IMG/VR virus record: IMGVR_UViG_3300028376_000003 | Span: 77,528-141,527 of that record | Length of the DNA: 64,000 bases | Reading direction: 5' to 3' (one strand) | DNA from: a virus | Shown here: piece by piece, positions 1 through 10,958 of the stretch | Position numbering within the stretch: the stretch's first letter is position 1 | Layout: each line of letters begins with the position of its first letter | The notes under the pieces: generated by a model | Database searches by the model: none | What the model saw: the letters and a program-made list of their open reading frames with translations, nothing else | What the model was told of the DNA's origin: nothing | Made by a program: the position numbers and the translations under genes

Positions 1-1259
1 ATCTTTATAACCCAAACATCTGAACTATCAAAGTTATCAATAACAAATTCTTCATTATTATATGATAATATTTTATTATCTTTATCTATTATCCCATAGT
101 TTTTATTTATACTATCTTCTTTACCACTTAAGTCAATGTCAGATACTATTTTATAATTATAAATTATTTTATCTTGATAAAGTTCATCCACGAATCCAAC
201 AGCTTGCACTTGTCTTATTTCATCATCTTGTTGTATTGTATACTTAGATATCAAATAATAATCACCACCATACTCAACATAGAAAGGTGTTTCTTCAGAC
301 CAATTTTCTATAAATGGATTTTCTGGATTAGAAGCAGAAAATAATATATTCCCCTCTTTTATTATAACATCCTCCCTAATAATAGGCGTTGAGTAAGGTG
401 ATAAGCTAGAGGCTCTATCCATAGAGTCTAAATAAAATCCATAATAAGTGTTTAATGACCATTTTCTTTTAATCGTAGAAGTTGATGGTGTGTCATCAAA
501 CAAAAAAGACATGTTTAATATATTTGGAAAAACCACACCATTGTCTTTGTAGCTATCATAAATATATTTTTCTAACTCATATATCTCCTTTTCTTCCTCA
601 AAATAATCCCCCATAAATTTAGATTTAGAAACATATCCACCTCTTTTATAATCTATACCATTCCATTTGCTAAACTCAGTATTTCTAAAGTCTATTTCTA
701 ATGGTGATTTTGGAAAATATTCGTTCTCAACAAAATTTTTATTCATCCATTTGCCCAATGGTGTTTCTGAGGAGAAATCATACACCTTAACTGCTTTTAA
801 TTTGTTTATGATTTCTCCTTTAAAGTTATCTTTTGCTAATATTTTCACACCAGGATTATCACATCTGAATATTATAAAGTTAGATGGTAAACTTCTTGGA
901 TTTATATAAAGTGGTGCAAAGTATTCATACTCTTCTGAATAATTTTTATTATTTATTATATTTCTAGCACCATAATTATAAATACTATCATATTGTGTAT
1001 TTAACTCACTTGACATAGCATCAGAGTCATCTCTGTACTTAACATCAAAGGCTATTTCACTTGGTGTGTCCTTGAAGTATAATGGTAAAACTTCATCATA
1101 TAAAGAATCTTCTTTTAGTTTAAAATATTTGTACCTCCCTGATGATAAAGTATCATTACTATCAATACTATCAATACTGATACCATATTCGTTATTCACC
1201 ATTATTTTAGAATTGGTAGTTAATCCAACATTTGTTCTTAGTATTGAAAAGCTTTTCAT
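1..1259 (-). CDS. Large hypothetical protein, probably virion structural; runs off the window
   Basis: ATG at 1259 (MKSFSILRTNVGLTTNSK...) with an open frame toward base 1; directly downstream of the 1054-aa gene. Not in the ORF track. Confidence 0.75.
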   Translation of the reverse strand, partial: MKSFSILRTNVGLTTNSKIMVNNEYGISIDSIDSNDTLSSGRYKYFKLKEDSLYDEVLPLYFKDTPSEIAFDVKYRDDSDAMSSELNTQYDSIYNYGARNIINNKNYSEEYEYFAPLYINPRSLPSNFIIFRCDNPGVKILAKDNFKGEIINKLKAVKVYDFSSETPLGKWMNKNFVENEYFPKSPLEIDFRNTEFSKWNGIDYKRGGYVSKSKFMGDYFEEEKEIYELEKYIYDSYKDNGVVFPNILNMSFLFDDTPSTSTIKRKWSLNTYYGFYLDSMDRASSLSPYSTPIIREDVIIKEGNILFSASNPENPFIENWSEETPFYVEYGGDYYLISKYTIQQDDEIRQVQAVGFVDELYQDKIIYNYKIVSDIDLSGKEDSINKNYGIIDKDNKILSYNNEEFVIDNFDSSDVWVIK

Positions 1260-1264
1260 TTAAA

Positions 1265-4200
1265 TTATGTTATATTTGAATTTATTGGTCTTGATGATTT
1301 CTTAAATATAAGTTTGTTTCTGTTCATATTAAATTTAAGAGTAAATGCAAAAGGTCTATTTTCTGATTCGTTTTCAAATAAAAATTTTACCTTTTTAATA
1401 TGGCTTACTGTATTCTTTGATTTAGTTAAATCAATATATTCAAAGTTCACACCTGATTGGTTGCTATCTAAAGCATTCATCTTGAAATAAATGTTTAATG
1501 GTATAATAATATCATTTTCACCACCTGGTTTTATATTTTTAATCTTCTCAGAATTGTTTTCTTGTATAGATTCTAAATCTTTTATAACAGGATGTATAGA
1601 TGTTAATAGCTTATTAGTCGAGTCTACTGATGTTGTTGTATCAATCCACTTATTTTGCTCCATCAAGGAGTTGTTATTACCATTGAATGATAATATGCTA
1701 TTACCAGAATAACCTAAATTATATTCAGGTGATGATAATACATTAGTCAAAGAATTTGAATTTGATATCCTAAAATCATTACCAACATTTTCTGATAATT
1801 TAGAATTTGTATTATCTGTTATAGAATCATAATTAACACACCATATAAACTGATTATTTAATTGGCTTCTGCTCACACCAGTATTATCATTTTTTAACAA
1901 TTCATCTTGCTCATTTACGAAAAATACTTGAGGTGAGTTATTCCTATAAACATTGGAATTGCTAATATAACTTTTATCTGACAATAAGCCTAGTGGGGAA
2001 TCAACAGCCTTGTTTCTTATTCTGACTACGAAATCTTTTATAACATATATGTTATTTTCGTAAACTCTACCACTAGATATATTTGTACCACTAAAAGGTT
2101 CTAGATAATCTTCACAGTCTATATTGAATGATGTTTCGCTACCATTTGAAACTACAAATTCTTGATTATTTCTTAGTATAACAGCTTCCAACACACCCCT
2201 TGACCTAGATATTCTCTCTTCTAAGCCTTTAATCTTATCTTCTAACGCTTTCAAATATTGAAATAAATCTAACGCAACTCCATTATCATCTTTAAATCCC
2301 GACAATATCTTATTTGAATCATGGTGATATGTGTTAGAATTAAGAGATACTTGTGTTGATAAGTGATCATCTAAGCCTCTTGACTCTAGAGTGCTGTCCA
2401 TTTCTTGTAAAACATCTTCCTTTAAAGCATCTTTAGATATGTTTTCTCTCTCATTTAACTCATTATTTACTTCACTAGGAAATTCAAATGAAATAATCTC
2501 AGACCATTCAGATTCTATTGGAGATTCTGGGTATCCAACTTCTGATATTGATTTTATTCTAAACTCAACTCTTTCATTGTTTTGTATAGGTATATCTAGA
2601 CTATTTATATTTGGTACATCAGGATTAGACAAATCTTCATCTTTCCATAAATATTGACCAGTTTGTGTATCAAAAATTCTTTCCCTTATATCCGTTTTTG
2701 TAGTTTTCCAATTTGAAAAACTAGCTTTTGTACCTTCTATTTTATACTGTTCTATTGGGGTCTCCTCTCCATCAACACTAACATACCTATACTGTATTCT
2801 AAACTGTATAACTTCCTGTGGGAGTGTTCCACGCTTAGATATAGCAGTTGGGAATTCCCAGAATCCTCTTAGTCTATATTTGGGTTCTGATTTGGTATCC
2901 ACACTTCTAGAAATATCAATTATCTCTTTTGTGACTGTGTTTAATAACCTACTTCTAGTTTCTTTCTTAGATGTGAGGTCTTTTAATTCTAAACTAGCTT
3001 GTTTCTTTTCTGATTCAGATTTGAATCTAGTTATTTTTATCTTTTTGTTTCTATCAGAAATAGCTTTCTCTATTTGTCTGACTTCTGATTTAAGGCTAGA
3101 TTGATAGTTACTCTTTTGTTTCAATTCAGAGTTATTAGACGTATTTGTCAAGTGCTTATTCACCTGAGCAACTTTAAAATTGTTTATATCTAATATAGGA
3201 GCAACTGGTGTAGCACCTAATTTATTTGGTATTTTCTTAGAAACTAAATCCTGTAAAACCACACCATAGTCATTAACATATTCTGTATAAAATTGCTCCA
3301 TTGTCAAACCATCAGTATCATCATCTGATGACATTCTTAAATCATTAGTAAAAAACCCAGTCCCTTTGCTCCATTTTTTAGCAACTAGATTATTATCAGT
3401 ATTTATTGGTTTTAGAAAAATAACATTCCTTTCATTATATCCTATGCTTACTCTTACAGATTTGTTATATACAACTGGTGAATATATTTTAAGTGTTCCT
3501 TTGCCAATTGCAATAGGTTCTATACCCTCAACTCTTTCGAATCTAACACGTGGATTAGAATCACTCTTTGATATTTCTAAAACTCGATATCTAGTGGATG
3601 ATTTAGTAGTATTTATAATGACATCATCATCTATAGATAGTTCAAGAACTTCATCATTATTACTCATATCTATGTAGTTTAGTGTGTTAAGTACATACCA
3701 AAGCTTTCTATTAAGCCTATCTTCATCAGTTTTAAGTACAGTAAACTCACCATCAAAGCGTATAGTATTAGGCTCTAGTTCAAATTTTTCTTCATCAAAT
3801 CTAACATTTCTTGGATTAGATACACCTGGTGTGGTTTCTGTCCATTTATTAAACTCAATAATGGTTATATCAGTCTGTCCCCTAAATGTTTGATTAAAGC
3901 TATTTAAAGCAGACTGTCCTTTTGGTGTTAGGACATCGTCATTAGTTCTTTCAAACTCTATAATATACCTTCTGACTAAGCATTTACTAACATTGTTATC
4001 TATTTTAGAAGATAGATCAAATTCCACTTGTAACATAGGATCTATCATTGAATCAAAGAACCAATTAGCCTTTGTCTTGAAATCAATAACCACACCCAAA
4101 TCAGATACTGGTATTGGATCTCTGTTTAAATCAACTGTTATTATTTTTTTAAATTTGTTGCTACCACTTTGTTGAATCATAGATCCATTAGCATCTATGC

Positions 4201-4429
4201 TGTATAGTGAATTTATGTTATTATTCAACCTGTCTATCTCACCCTTTAGGGATACAAAAGAAGGCAATGTATAATTTCTCAGGACACCCTCTTCGTCAAA
4301 TATCTGGATATCAACAGATGATGATGTTGTTGTTGTCAACGTGTTTATCTTTGATAAAGTATCTACCAAATTTTTGTTGAAACTTATAACTTGATCTGCT
4401 ACTTTTGGAAAGCTACTATTTATAGACAT
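1265..4429 (-). CDS. 1054-aa hypothetical protein, probably structural/baseplate region
   Basis: Long N/S-rich ORF with a coiled-coil segment; TTAATATATA putative late motif upstream (~4448-4457). Confidence 0.6.
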   Translation of the reverse strand: MSINSSFPKVADQVISFNKNLVDTLSKINTLTTTTSSSVDIQIFDEEGVLRNYTLPSFVSLKGEIDRLNNNINSLYSIDANGSMIQQSGSNKFKKIITVDLNRDPIPVSDLGVVIDFKTKANWFFDSMIDPMLQVEFDLSSKIDNNVSKCLVRRYIIEFERTNDDVLTPKGQSALNSFNQTFRGQTDITIIEFNKWTETTPGVSNPRNVRFDEEKFELEPNTIRFDGEFTVLKTDEDRLNRKLWYVLNTLNYIDMSNNDEVLELSIDDDVIINTTKSSTRYRVLEISKSDSNPRVRFERVEGIEPIAIGKGTLKIYSPVVYNKSVRVSIGYNERNVIFLKPINTDNNLVAKKWSKGTGFFTNDLRMSSDDDTDGLTMEQFYTEYVNDYGVVLQDLVSKKIPNKLGATPVAPILDINNFKVAQVNKHLTNTSNNSELKQKSNYQSSLKSEVRQIEKAISDRNKKIKITRFKSESEKKQASLELKDLTSKKETRSRLLNTVTKEIIDISRSVDTKSEPKYRLRGFWEFPTAISKRGTLPQEVIQFRIQYRYVSVDGEETPIEQYKIEGTKASFSNWKTTKTDIRERIFDTQTGQYLWKDEDLSNPDVPNINSLDIPIQNNERVEFRIKSISEVGYPESPIESEWSEIISFEFPSEVNNELNERENISKDALKEDVLQEMDSTLESRGLDDHLSTQVSLNSNTYHHDSNKILSGFKDDNGVALDLFQYLKALEDKIKGLEERISRSRGVLEAVILRNNQEFVVSNGSETSFNIDCEDYLEPFSGTNISSGRVYENNIYVIKDFVVRIRNKAVDSPLGLLSDKSYISNSNVYRNNSPQVFFVNEQDELLKNDNTGVSRSQLNNQFIWCVNYDSITDNTNSKLSENVGNDFRISNSNSLTNVLSSPEYNLGYSGNSILSFNGNNNSLMEQNKWIDTTTSVDSTNKLLTSIHPVIKDLESIQENNSEKIKNIKPGGENDIIIPLNIYFKMNALDSNQSGVNFEYIDLTKSKNTVSHIKKVKFLFENESENRPFAFTLKFNMNRNKLIFKKSSRPINSNIT

Positions 4430-4577
4430 ATTATAATTATATTTTATTTATATATTAAAACTATTCCATTTCATATAATTAATGCAATGACAAAAACCTT
4501 ATTAATATTTAAATATTTATATAATTCTTGTTATTGTATTAATTATTTTGCTTATATTTGTTCAAAATAAAAAAAAT

Positions 4578-6416
4578 ATGATTAGTAATCTTAAAAAAAG
4601 AATTGTAGAAGCCAATGATGCTTATCGATTAGGTGTTCCTATTATGTCGGATAAAGTATATGATGGTTTAGTTGATGAATTAAGTAAACTATCACCAAGT
4701 GATGAATTACTTACAAAGATAGGACACGCAACAGAAGATGAAAGTCGAAAGCAAAAACTTCCTATTGTAATGGCATCTATGAATAAGATAAAAACAATAG
4801 AAGATATTGACGATTGGTCTAGACTTAGGGATGTCCCCAAATCTACATTGGTTATACTAACCCCTAAATATGATGGTCTAGCACTTTGTGTTGACGAGAG
4901 TAATGGGGATGCATACACAAGAGGGGATGGTATTGTTGGTCAAAAGTCAAACGAACACTATGACCTCATAGGAAATAAGCTTATATCTAATGAAAGTTTA
5001 TTTCAATATACTTATGGTGAGGTGATGATAGCCAAAAGAGTATTCACTGATAAGTACTCGACACAGTTTGCAAATCCACGAAATCTAGTTGCTGGATTAT
5101 TAAATTCTAAAACACCTACTGATAAATTAAAAGATTGTAAATATATAAAGTATGGGATATCTAATGAATTTAGACCACACTTTCAAAGTAAAAAGCAAGT
5201 TATAGAATTCTTAAATAAAAACCAAGAATCAAAAGTTAAATATAAAATATGTAGGATATCCGACATAACAGAGGATTTAATGATTGAGTTATTCAAAGAA
5301 TGGTCTGAAGAATTTGAAATTGATGGTATTATAATAGAGGTAAATGATTTGAACCACCAAAGAGTTTTGGGTAGAGAGACTTCTTCTAAAAATCCAGTCT
5401 TTGCTAGAGCATTTAAGCATAATAGTTTTGAACAGACTGCCACAACACAAGTATTAGACATGACTTGGAATGTTTCAAAACATGGCTTAGTAAAACCTAT
5501 TGTAAATATAAACCCTGTTCAACTTGATGGTGTTAAAGTATCTAATGTAACTGGTAATAATGCAAGATTTGTAAAGGAAATGGGTATAGGCATAGGTGCA
5601 GTTATAACCATTAAAAGAAGTGGTATGGTTATACCTCTTATAGTTGATGTATTAGAAAGAGTTGATTTTGAAATACCTCTAATAGAAGGCAGCGAACTTG
5701 AATGGGATGAAAACGGGATAGAACTTATTACGAAGACTGAAACTGATGAGCAAAAAATTAAAAAAATTATAGCATTTTTTGAAATACTAGGTACTGATAA
5801 TGTATCTGATGGTACTATTAGACAACTATGGGATGCTAATTATAGAAGTATTAAAGATGTTCTAAGCCTATCAATAGATGATTTATTACAAATTGATAGA
5901 TTTGGCAAGAAAAAAGCTGAAAAAGTATATAATTCTTTTAAAAAATCAGTTACTGATGTTAGGCTTAGCAAATTGCAACATGCCACTGGTATATTCAAAG
6001 GCTTAGGGTCTAAGAAGCTAGCACTTCTAGAACATTTTAAACATAGACCAAGTGTTGAAGAAGTTAAAGCATTAGAAGGCTTTGCAGACACTAGTGCTAA
6101 TGTATATGTAGATTCGTTTGATGTGTTTTTTGAATTTATTAAAGACCTACCAGTAACTATAAGTTATGAAGATAAGAATATTGAATCTGAAAATCTTAAA
6201 GGAAAGTCATTTGTTTTTACTGGTGTAAGAAGAAAAGATTTAAATGAAATAATCGAATCTAATGGTGGTAAGGTAAGCACATCTGTCTCTAAGAACACTA
6301 CATACTTAGTAGTGAAGGAATTAGGAAGCGGTTCTTCAAAGGAGGTGAAGGCTACTAGTTTAGGAATAGAGATTTTGAGTGTAGAGGGATTGGAAAAAAT
6401 CTTAAACGAAATATAA
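4578..6416 (+). CDS. ligA: NAD-dependent DNA ligase
   Basis: PKYDG adenylation motif, TRGDG, NPRN, OB and HhH segments, C-terminal BRCT (SFVFTG...VSKNTTYLV). ATG at 4578 preferred. Confidence 0.95.
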   Translation: MISNLKKRIVEANDAYRLGVPIMSDKVYDGLVDELSKLSPSDELLTKIGHATEDESRKQKLPIVMASMNKIKTIEDIDDWSRLRDVPKSTLVILTPKYDGLALCVDESNGDAYTRGDGIVGQKSNEHYDLIGNKLISNESLFQYTYGEVMIAKRVFTDKYSTQFANPRNLVAGLLNSKTPTDKLKDCKYIKYGISNEFRPHFQSKKQVIEFLNKNQESKVKYKICRISDITEDLMIELFKEWSEEFEIDGIIIEVNDLNHQRVLGRETSSKNPVFARAFKHNSFEQTATTQVLDMTWNVSKHGLVKPIVNINPVQLDGVKVSNVTGNNARFVKEMGIGIGAVITIKRSGMVIPLIVDVLERVDFEIPLIEGSELEWDENGIELITKTETDEQKIKKIIAFFEILGTDNVSDGTIRQLWDANYRSIKDVLSLSIDDLLQIDRFGKKKAEKVYNSFKKSVTDVRLSKLQHATGIFKGLGSKKLALLEHFKHRPSVEEVKALEGFADTSANVYVDSFDVFFEFIKDLPVTISYEDKNIESENLKGKSFVFTGVRRKDLNEIIESNGGKVSTSVSKNTTYLVVKELGSGSSKEVKATSLGIEILSVEGLEKILNEI

Positions 6417-6417
6417 T

Positions 6418-6831
6418 ATGGACATGATATCATTATTAATTGGGATAGGGATAGGGATGGGGATAATTTTTTTATATAATTATGTTATGTCTTTTTTAAA
6501 AAAAAAGAAACTAGATCCTTATATTAACTCAAGACGTGGCATATATCAAAAAGAATTTACAATGGTTTATAGTCCTAATGATGAATATCATTTTGGTGTT
6601 GTTTTTGAAATAACAGAACTTAAGGTTGTTAAAAATAATTCAGGTACTATGATTTCTAAAATAAGAGTTGATGATATTAATATTAACAATAGTAGAGCAT
6701 CATCAAAGGAAAATATTTCTAAAATAATGGAAATGATAGATGGTTCTTGGGTAGAATCGGATGCTATAATATTTTTGGATGATGATATAAGGTTTCAACG
6801 AAGTGAAAAGCTAAAAACTGTATTAAAATAA
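6418..6831 (+). CDS. Hypothetical membrane-anchored protein
   Basis: N-terminal hydrophobic helix; C-terminal RSEKLKTVL tag. Confidence 0.6.
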   Translation: MDMISLLIGIGIGMGIIFLYNYVMSFLKKKKLDPYINSRRGIYQKEFTMVYSPNDEYHFGVVFEITELKVVKNNSGTMISKIRVDDININNSRASSKENISKIMEMIDGSWVESDAIIFLDDDIRFQRSEKLKTVLK

Positions 6832-6909
6832 TACTTAATATATACACAACTTATTACAAATATAATATATAACTATTAGTGTTTAATAACTAAAAATAAA
6901 AGGCAATAA

Positions 6910-7515
6910 ATGGAAATAAAACAAGAAAGCTATTTCTCGGAAAAAGAGAAATTATTTAAAGAAAGAACTGGTAAAGATTTTACATTTCTATATAAAAAGT
7001 ATTATCCTAAACTAATATACTTCACATCTAAGATATGTAATGATAGAAAAAAGGCAGAGGATATATCTACTGACTCTTTCATAGTAGCATTTAATAAAAT
7101 AGAACTTTATGATAAATCAAAGGCACAATTTTCTACATGGTTATTTACAATAGCTAAAAATTTATCTTATCAAGATGTGAAAAAAAGCAAAAAGTCTATA
7201 TCACTCGATGTTGAATATGACAATGATGGTACAACAATGAAAAGCTTCATATCAAATGATGAAGATGAAGATGAGTCTAAGTATATTGTTATTAATAAAA
7301 AGGCTAAGTTAATGAAAGATTCGATATATAAGTTAAAAGAGCCTTATAGAACAGTTATTGAAATGAGAGAGATTAGAAAGATGTCTTATAAAGACATCTC
7401 TAGTGATCTTGGTAAAAACTTGTCCACTATAAAATCACAGATTAGAAATGGTCGTATGCTTTTAATTGACATATGTGAAAACAATTTCGATAAAATAGAT
7501 AAAATGTATTCTTAA
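6910..7515 (+). CDS. ECF-type sigma-70 factor
   Basis: Region 2 (AEDISTDSF...FSTWLFTIAKN) and region 4 HTH (MSYKDIS..LGKNLSTIKSQIRNGR). Confidence 0.9.
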   Translation: MEIKQESYFSEKEKLFKERTGKDFTFLYKKYYPKLIYFTSKICNDRKKAEDISTDSFIVAFNKIELYDKSKAQFSTWLFTIAKNLSYQDVKKSKKSISLDVEYDNDGTTMKSFISNDEDEDESKYIVINKKAKLMKDSIYKLKEPYRTVIEMREIRKMSYKDISSDLGKNLSTIKSQIRNGRMLLIDICENNFDKIDKMYS

Positions 7516-7528
7516 AAATAAATGAATT

Positions 7529-7849
7529 ATGGTAGCTTATATTACAGATTTAAAAGATAATACTTTTGATAATTTTGTCAAGAAAGGGATAGTATTAATA
7601 GATTTATATGCTGATTGGTGTGCACCTTGCAAATCTTTATCACCAATAATAGATGAAATTTCTAGCGAATACCTCAACAAAATTAGAGTTGGTAAGCTAA
7701 ATGTTGATAATAATAGCAAGATACCAGCACTATTAGGTATAAGGAGTATTCCTACTATACTAGTATACAAAGATGGTGAAATAGTATCAAGAACATCAGC
7801 CGTGTTGTCTAAGAAAGATATAATCACCGAACTAGATAAGCACATATAA
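7529..7849 (+). CDS. trxA: Thioredoxin
   Basis: WCAPC active site, IRSIPT cis-Pro motif, 106 aa. Confidence 0.92.
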   Translation: MVAYITDLKDNTFDNFVKKGIVLIDLYADWCAPCKSLSPIIDEISSEYLNKIRVGKLNVDNNSKIPALLGIRSIPTILVYKDGEIVSRTSAVLSKKDIITELDKHI

Positions 7850-7857
7850 ATTAAGAT

Positions 7858-8346
7858 ATGAGAGATTCAATATCAATAGAGGAAACTACTCGTTTTATGC
7901 GTATGTCGAAAATATCCTTTATAGAGTATGATACTCATAGCATAGATGTGTTCAAATATTTAACCACAAAAGAAACACACATCAAATACATTAATGAGTT
8001 CACTAAATATGGTATTAAATCATCAATCCGCAATCTTAGAATAAAAGAGTTATTAGGTAGTGAGAACATAAATAATAGTAAAATACCCAGAGAGAAAGAT
8101 GTAGACACCTTTGTAATTCATATAAATGAAATTCATGGATATTCATATTCTTCATTTGTTAAGAGAGGCAAGGATTTGTTAGATATATTAAGGTATGTTA
8201 GAACAAGCAAATACAACTTAATATTCACAGTTCCTTTAAATAATAATAATATCACAAGTATAGATAGAAAAATCTTATATAGTTCTAGTTTTGGATGTAA
8301 TATAGAAAATAATATAATAACTAGTGTAAAAAATAGATACGTCTAA
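7858..8346 (+). CDS. Hypothetical protein
   Basis: ORF tightly packed in the operon. Confidence 0.55.
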   Translation: MRDSISIEETTRFMRMSKISFIEYDTHSIDVFKYLTTKETHIKYINEFTKYGIKSSIRNLRIKELLGSENINNSKIPREKDVDTFVIHINEIHGYSYSSFVKRGKDLLDILRYVRTSKYNLIFTVPLNNNNITSIDRKILYSSSFGCNIENNIITSVKNRYV

Positions 8347-8347
8347 A

Positions 8348-8782
8348 ATGAAAACTATAAAAAATAAAAGAGCATATTTTGATTTTAATATATTAGAGGA
8401 ATTTGACTGTGGTATAATGTTAGAAGGTGGTGAGGTTAAAAGCATTAGGGATGGTAATGTGTCTATGAATGATTCTTTTATATTCATATCTAACTCTGAG
8501 GTCTATATTAAAAGCTTTAGAGTAAGCAAATATAGCCATGCACACCCATCTGTTGTACATATAGAAGATAGGGATAAAAAGCTACTTTTGACAAAAAAAC
8601 AAATAGAGAAGATACAGAAATTTCTAAAAGATAAAGGAAATACGTGTGTGCCTTTAAAAGTGTTTATTAAATCTAATAAGATAAAAGTAAAGATAGGACT
8701 TGGCAAGGGTAAAAAACTGTATGATAAAAGAAAAGATTTAAAAGAAAAAGATTTAAAAAGAGAAATATCTAGAAATACATAA
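8348..8782 (+). CDS. smpB: SsrA-binding protein SmpB
   Basis: NKRAYFDF, GIMLEGGEVKSIR, KKLLL, GKGKKLYDKR motifs. Confidence 0.95.
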   Translation: MKTIKNKRAYFDFNILEEFDCGIMLEGGEVKSIRDGNVSMNDSFIFISNSEVYIKSFRVSKYSHAHPSVVHIEDRDKKLLLTKKQIEKIQKFLKDKGNTCVPLKVFIKSNKIKVKIGLGKGKKLYDKRKDLKEKDLKREISRNT

Positions 8783-8827
8783 CTTTGTATTGTATTAAAT
8801 AAGTATATTTGCCAAAATATTTTAAAT

Positions 8828-9106
8828 ATGATTATGAACGAATTTTTACAAACAAAAAAAGCTAATTCAGTATATGATGTATTAGTAGAATTAGCAGGTG
8901 CGAATGAGTCTGACAGACAAGACTTTGTTTATAACCATTGTAGTGGTGAAAACGGTTGTTCTGAATGGAGATTTTGTGGACACTTTGGTTTTGGTGGAAA
9001 ATATAGATCCCAAAGAAATATAATAAGCTATTATATTGAAGATACAACGGATTCTAGAGAAGCATTAAAAAAAGATATAAACAATAGATTGAGTGAAATA
9101 TATTAA
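8828..9106 (+). CDS. Hypothetical phage protein
   Basis: EWRFCGHFGFGGKY motif; TATATTTG promoter-like site upstream. Confidence 0.55.
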   Translation: MIMNEFLQTKKANSVYDVLVELAGANESDRQDFVYNHCSGENGCSEWRFCGHFGFGGKYRSQRNIISYYIEDTTDSREALKKDINNRLSEIY

Positions 9107-9126
9107 AAATAATCAAAAAAAAACAC

Positions 9127-9807
9127 ATGATACATTTAGAACCTTGTGAAGAAACAATGCCTAGGTTTGAAGATGGTAGTTTTGACACTATTATAACATC
9201 ACCACCTTACAATATTGGTAAAATGCATAGTAATAATTTACAGTTTGGCACTTATGCGAATAATGATATGAGCGAAGGTGCTTATCAAGAATGGCAAATA
9301 GAAATACTGAATGAATGTTATAGAATACTTGAGGATGGTGGGAGCATGTTCTACAATCATAAGGTTAGAATAAAAAATGGAGTTGCAACACATCCCCTAT
9401 CTTGGATATTAAAAAGCAATTTTTTATTAAAACAAGAAATTGTCTGGGATATGGGTAAAAGTGCCAATTGTGATAAGATTAGATTTTTTCCATTTTCAGA
9501 AAGAATCTATTGGTTGGTTAAAAATCCCAAAACAAAATTATACAATGAAAATAAATTGAGTGATGTTTGGCGATGTGTCCCTACTCATAAAAGAAAAAAA
9601 GAAGGCCATATTGCTGTTATGCCAGATGAAATAGTTTCAAACATTTTAGAGAGCTTACCTAATGTAAGAAAGGTCTATGATCCATTTGGGGGAAGTGGTA
9701 CTACTCTAAAAGTATGTAACGAAAAAAACATATATTGTGAAATATCAGAAATAGACATTAGTTTAGAAGAGACAATTAACAAAAAAGTAATAAATAAAGT
9801 ACGATGA
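9127..9807 (+). CDS. N4-C/N6-A DNA methyltransferase (beta class)
   Basis: TSPPY catalytic motif precedes DPFGGSGTT SAM-binding motif. Confidence 0.9.
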   Translation: MIHLEPCEETMPRFEDGSFDTIITSPPYNIGKMHSNNLQFGTYANNDMSEGAYQEWQIEILNECYRILEDGGSMFYNHKVRIKNGVATHPLSWILKSNFLLKQEIVWDMGKSANCDKIRFFPFSERIYWLVKNPKTKLYNENKLSDVWRCVPTHKRKKEGHIAVMPDEIVSNILESLPNVRKVYDPFGGSGTTLKVCNEKNIYCEISEIDISLEETINKKVINKVR

Positions 9808-10019
9808 GGCTAATTAAAAAAGAAATTAATAAAAAAAATAACATAGTATTAACTTGTCAGGACTCTGTTCTTCTTGGATTGTTTAAACAACAGGTAAAAT
9901 TCATAGCAACAGAGGAATACTCTTGTGGTTATTGGAATTGGAGAAAACTACCAGACAAGACATTAATTGATGATGAACTTAGTTCTAAATTGGATATCTT
10001 GTGCAGAAATTCTAAATAA
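9804..10019 (+). CDS. Hypothetical protein
   Basis: ATGA overlap with the upstream gene. Confidence 0.5.
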   Translation: MRLIKKEINKKNNIVLTCQDSVLLGLFKQQVKFIATEEYSCGYWNWRKLPDKTLIDDELSSKLDILCRNSK

Positions 10020-10346
10020 TATCAAATTGTTTATTTTAAATGTGATAAATTATGAGTAGATGTTTAATAAAATGTTGTATATTTGTTTTCTGAATACTAA
10101 ACTAATAAAATTATACACATAGATAATAACTTAAATCAAAGAGAAAAAGCTTTGAAAGAAATAGAAGATACTTTTAAACAAAGAGAAAAAGTTTTGGATT
10201 TAATGGATGAAAATCTTGAAACTAGAGAAATTTATAACCAATAAACACAACTATATCTATTTAAGCATAATAAGATATATTCCACAAGGAAACGGTGTGT
10301 TCGTAAGTCTTTAGATTTTTATGTTATAGCCACTTCTTTTTATTTT

Positions 10347-10781
10347 TTAAAAATTTTGATCGATTTCGTATCTAACCCAATTGTCTGTTGATATACATTC
10401 GTAAATAAATAAGTCGTCTGAAGCTCTTTGTCCTTGAACACCCGAAGATGTACTGTTTGTTGGTATAGAAACATATTCTAGTGGAGTAGCATCATCAACT
10501 GTTAAATATCTTGACCAAGTACTACTACTAGTGCCATTACTAGCGTTACTGTATAGTACACCTTCTTCATCAAATGCTAATGCAAAGTACTCTGGTGTTG
10601 ATGAAAATACTGATGATGATGTACCACTAAATCCTAAATAGTTATTTTCTGAATCATATATTAGATTAGAATAACTTAGACCACTAGATTCCATTTTTAT
10701 ATCATCACTTCCTTGTGTTGATAATATACTACCACCATTCATATTTATTTTACCACCTCCTAAAATAATTATCTCGGTCAT
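10347..10781 (-). CDS. Tail-fibre-like fragment, possibly a degraded gene
   Basis: S/G/T-rich; C-terminal PTNSTSSGVQGQRASDDLFIYEC..DNWVR resembles fibre termini; upstream region looks frameshifted. Confidence 0.4.
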   Translation of the reverse strand: MTEIIILGGGKINMNGGSILSTQGSDDIKMESSGLSYSNLIYDSENNYLGFSGTSSSVFSSTPEYFALAFDEEGVLYSNASNGTSSSTWSRYLTVDDATPLEYVSIPTNSTSSGVQGQRASDDLFIYECISTDNWVRYEIDQNF

Positions 10782-10958
10782 ATGCTATTACATAACCACC
10801 TAGCTCAGGAGCAATTGCTTAGTCTATTGTTATTTTTTTTTGAAAGTATACTAATACCATACGTTATAATATTTTTTATTATACTATATATATTTAATTT
10901 CACAATTGCTTTTAAACTTAATGTAGTAATTTTAATATATAAGTAAATATGCTTTCAT

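Noticed and set aside
62-4175. Many + strand ORFs opposite the large minus-strand genes (similar shadows occur throughout the window)
   Set aside because: S/L/F/I-rich antisense shadows of real genes with no motifs.
8348-8830. tmRNA gene near smpB
   Set aside because: No tRNA-Ala-like ends or tag reading frame recognised in this window.
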